NCBI GenBank assembly: GCA_009782215.1
Contig: WRKO01000005.1
Span: forward strand, 30,083 to 94,082
Direction of reading: 5' to 3'
Source: Oscillospiraceae bacterium
Lineage (GTDB): Bacteria > Bacillota > Clostridia > Oscillospirales > UBA929
Length of the DNA: 64,000 bases
Position 1 is the first letter of the stretch. Every line of letters starts with the position of its first letter. The position numbers and the translations under genes were made by a program. This document shows, in pieces, positions 62,858 to 64,000 of this stretch. The notes beneath the pieces are model-generated. The model was not told the DNA's origin, searched no databases, and worked only from the letters and a program-made list of their open reading frames with translations.

Positions 62858-64000
62858 CTACGCCAGTTTTATTGTATACCGTCTCCCCGGGGCCTGCTCC
62901 ACAATCCCGTCCAGCTCCAGCATGGTCAGCTCGCTCAGCACCAGCGGGGCGGGCAGGGCGGTGACGGATATGATTTCGTCGGCAATCATCGGGTTTTTCG
63001 CGATGGCAAGCAGGATGCGCTGCTGGTCGGGGGTATACCCGCTGACCAGCGCCGTCAAATCGACGGCCTTGACGGGTTCGTCCGGGCCGGGGGCGGCCTC
63101 GCTCCCCGCGTCCCGCAAAACGCCGCGCGCGGCTTTGGGCCGGGGCATATACCGGGGCGTTCCCGGCGCGGCAGAGGTTATCTTATGTGGAAAAAGCGCC
63201 TGATATTCGGTCGTGACGTCCTCCGCCCGCGTGACCAAAATCGCCCCTTCGCGAATGAGGCGGTTGCTGCCCTCCGATTCGCGGCTGTCTATGCCGCCGG
63301 GGACGGCAAACACGTCGCGCCCCTGTTCCAGCGCGAAGGACGCGGAAATCAGCGCGCCGCTGCTCATGGGGGCTTCCACCACCATCACGCCCAGCGACAA
63401 GCCGGAAAGGATGCGGTTTCTGGCCGGGAAGTGCGCCCCCTCCGCCCGCGTCCCGGGCGGGTATTCGGACAGAATCAGCCCGGTGGCGATGATGTCCTCA
63501 TACAGCTCGCGGTTCTCCGCGGGGTAAATCACATCCGTTCCGCAGCCCAGCACCGCGGCGGTGGGCTTGCCCGCCCGCAGCGCGCCCAAATGCGCCGCCG
63601 CGTCAATGCCGCTCGCCATGCCGCTGACAATCAGCATCCCGCTCGCGGCGAGACGGTAGCACAGCTTCATCGCCGCGTTCTGCCCGTAGGCGGTGGGACG
63701 GCGCGTCCCCACGACGGTCAGGGCCGCCTCCTCGTCAAAGGAAAACATCTGGCCTTTATAGTACAGCACGCAGGGCGGCGCGTAGAGGGCCCGCAAGCGC
63801 TCGGGATACGCCGCGTCCTGCATGGTGAGGATGCTCGTGCCGGAGCGGTCGCACAGCTCTAAAATCCGCTCGGCGCGGTCGGTGGATTTGTCCTGCAAGT
63901 CCCGGACGGCGCTGTCCGGCAAATCAACGGCTTCCCGCCATTCGTCCTCCCCCGCGAAATAGATGTTTTCCGGGCTGCCCAGCGCGTCAATCAGGGCGGC
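62858..64000 (-). CDS. dprA: DNA-processing protein DprA (5' end beyond the right window edge)
   Basis: TVVGTRRPTAYG...LIVSGMASGIDAAAH...PTAAVLGCGTDVIYP...GTRAEGAHFPARNRI. The reading frame stays open to 64000 (…AALIDALGSPENIYFAGEDEWREAVDLPDS…), so the TTG at 63922 in the track is not the true start. Confidence 0.85.
   Translation of the reverse strand, partial: AALIDALGSPENIYFAGEDEWREAVDLPDSAVRDLQDKSTDRAERILELCDRSGTSILTMQDAAYPERLRALYAPPCVLYYKGQMFSFDEEAALTVVGTRRPTAYGQNAAMKLCYRLAASGMLIVSGMASGIDAAAHLGALRAGKPTAAVLGCGTDVIYPAENRELYEDIIATGLILSEYPPGTRAEGAHFPARNRILSGLSLGVMVVEAPMSSGALISASFALEQGRDVFAVPGGIDSRESEGSNRLIREGAILVTRAEDVTTEYQALFPHKITSAAPGTPRYMPRPKAARGVLRDAGSEAAPGPDEPVKAVDLTALVSGYTPDQQRILLAIAKNPMIADEIISVTALPAPLVLSELTMLELDGIVEQAPGRRYTIKLA

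Noticed and set aside
1-64000. Search for CRISPR arrays, tRNA/rRNA genes, IS elements, integrases or phage blocks
   Set aside because: I saw no regularly spaced direct repeats, no cloverleaf-like or rRNA-like segments in the few intergenic gaps, and no transposase or integrase-like translations. The only foreign-looking DNA is the two small AT-rich islets flanking smc.

Overview
High-GC (by eye roughly 60-65% G+C) Firmicutes/Clostridia-type chromosomal segment. I call 54 CDS plus 2 decayed toxin remnants, and all but four are on the minus strand. I saw no rRNA, tRNA, CRISPR array, transposase or integrase. Layout: (A) 1-13.0 kb is envelope/housekeeping: ECF sigma fragment, comEA-response regulator-histidine kinase-GerMN lipoprotein operon, D-Ala-D-Ala carboxypeptidase, tsaE/tsaB, cyclophilin, tagO-mnaA plus an unknown membrane protein, trpS, a transglutaminase-like protein and an aminotransferase. 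(B) 13.0-29.5 kb is an 11-gene unidirectional operon. It starts with a GH26 lipoprotein and holds two CUT1-type ABC permease pairs, a 991-aa CBM-decorated binding protein, a second SBP, a 563-aa lipoprotein of unknown fold, and an embedded NHL/TPR - Yip1 - DUF5696-like triad. It has no ATPase. (C) 29.5-41.3 kb is an lplABCD-like uronide/oligosaccharide locus: GH4 LplD-like, GH43, UxaE-like epimerase, AraC regulator, an unassigned 687-aa glycosidase-like protein and a short rhamnulokinase-like FGGY kinase. (D) 41.4-45.3 kb is a 1259-aa SLH-anchored surface protein with its own promoter and a structured leader. (E) 45.5-64.0 kb is a conserved housekeeping backbone (leuS, rsfS, LCP, yqeK, nadD, rdgB, ftsY, smc, rnc, plsX, trmFO, topA, dprA). 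Three small toxin-related insertions sit exactly at gene junctions of this backbone. The best candidate for an undescribed system is block B, especially the NHL/Yip1/DUF5696-like triad wired between two ABC permease pairs. All functional calls rest on motif recognition by eye in the supplied translations and on my own translation of a few regions. No HMM, BLAST or structure prediction was run, so family names are hypotheses to confirm.
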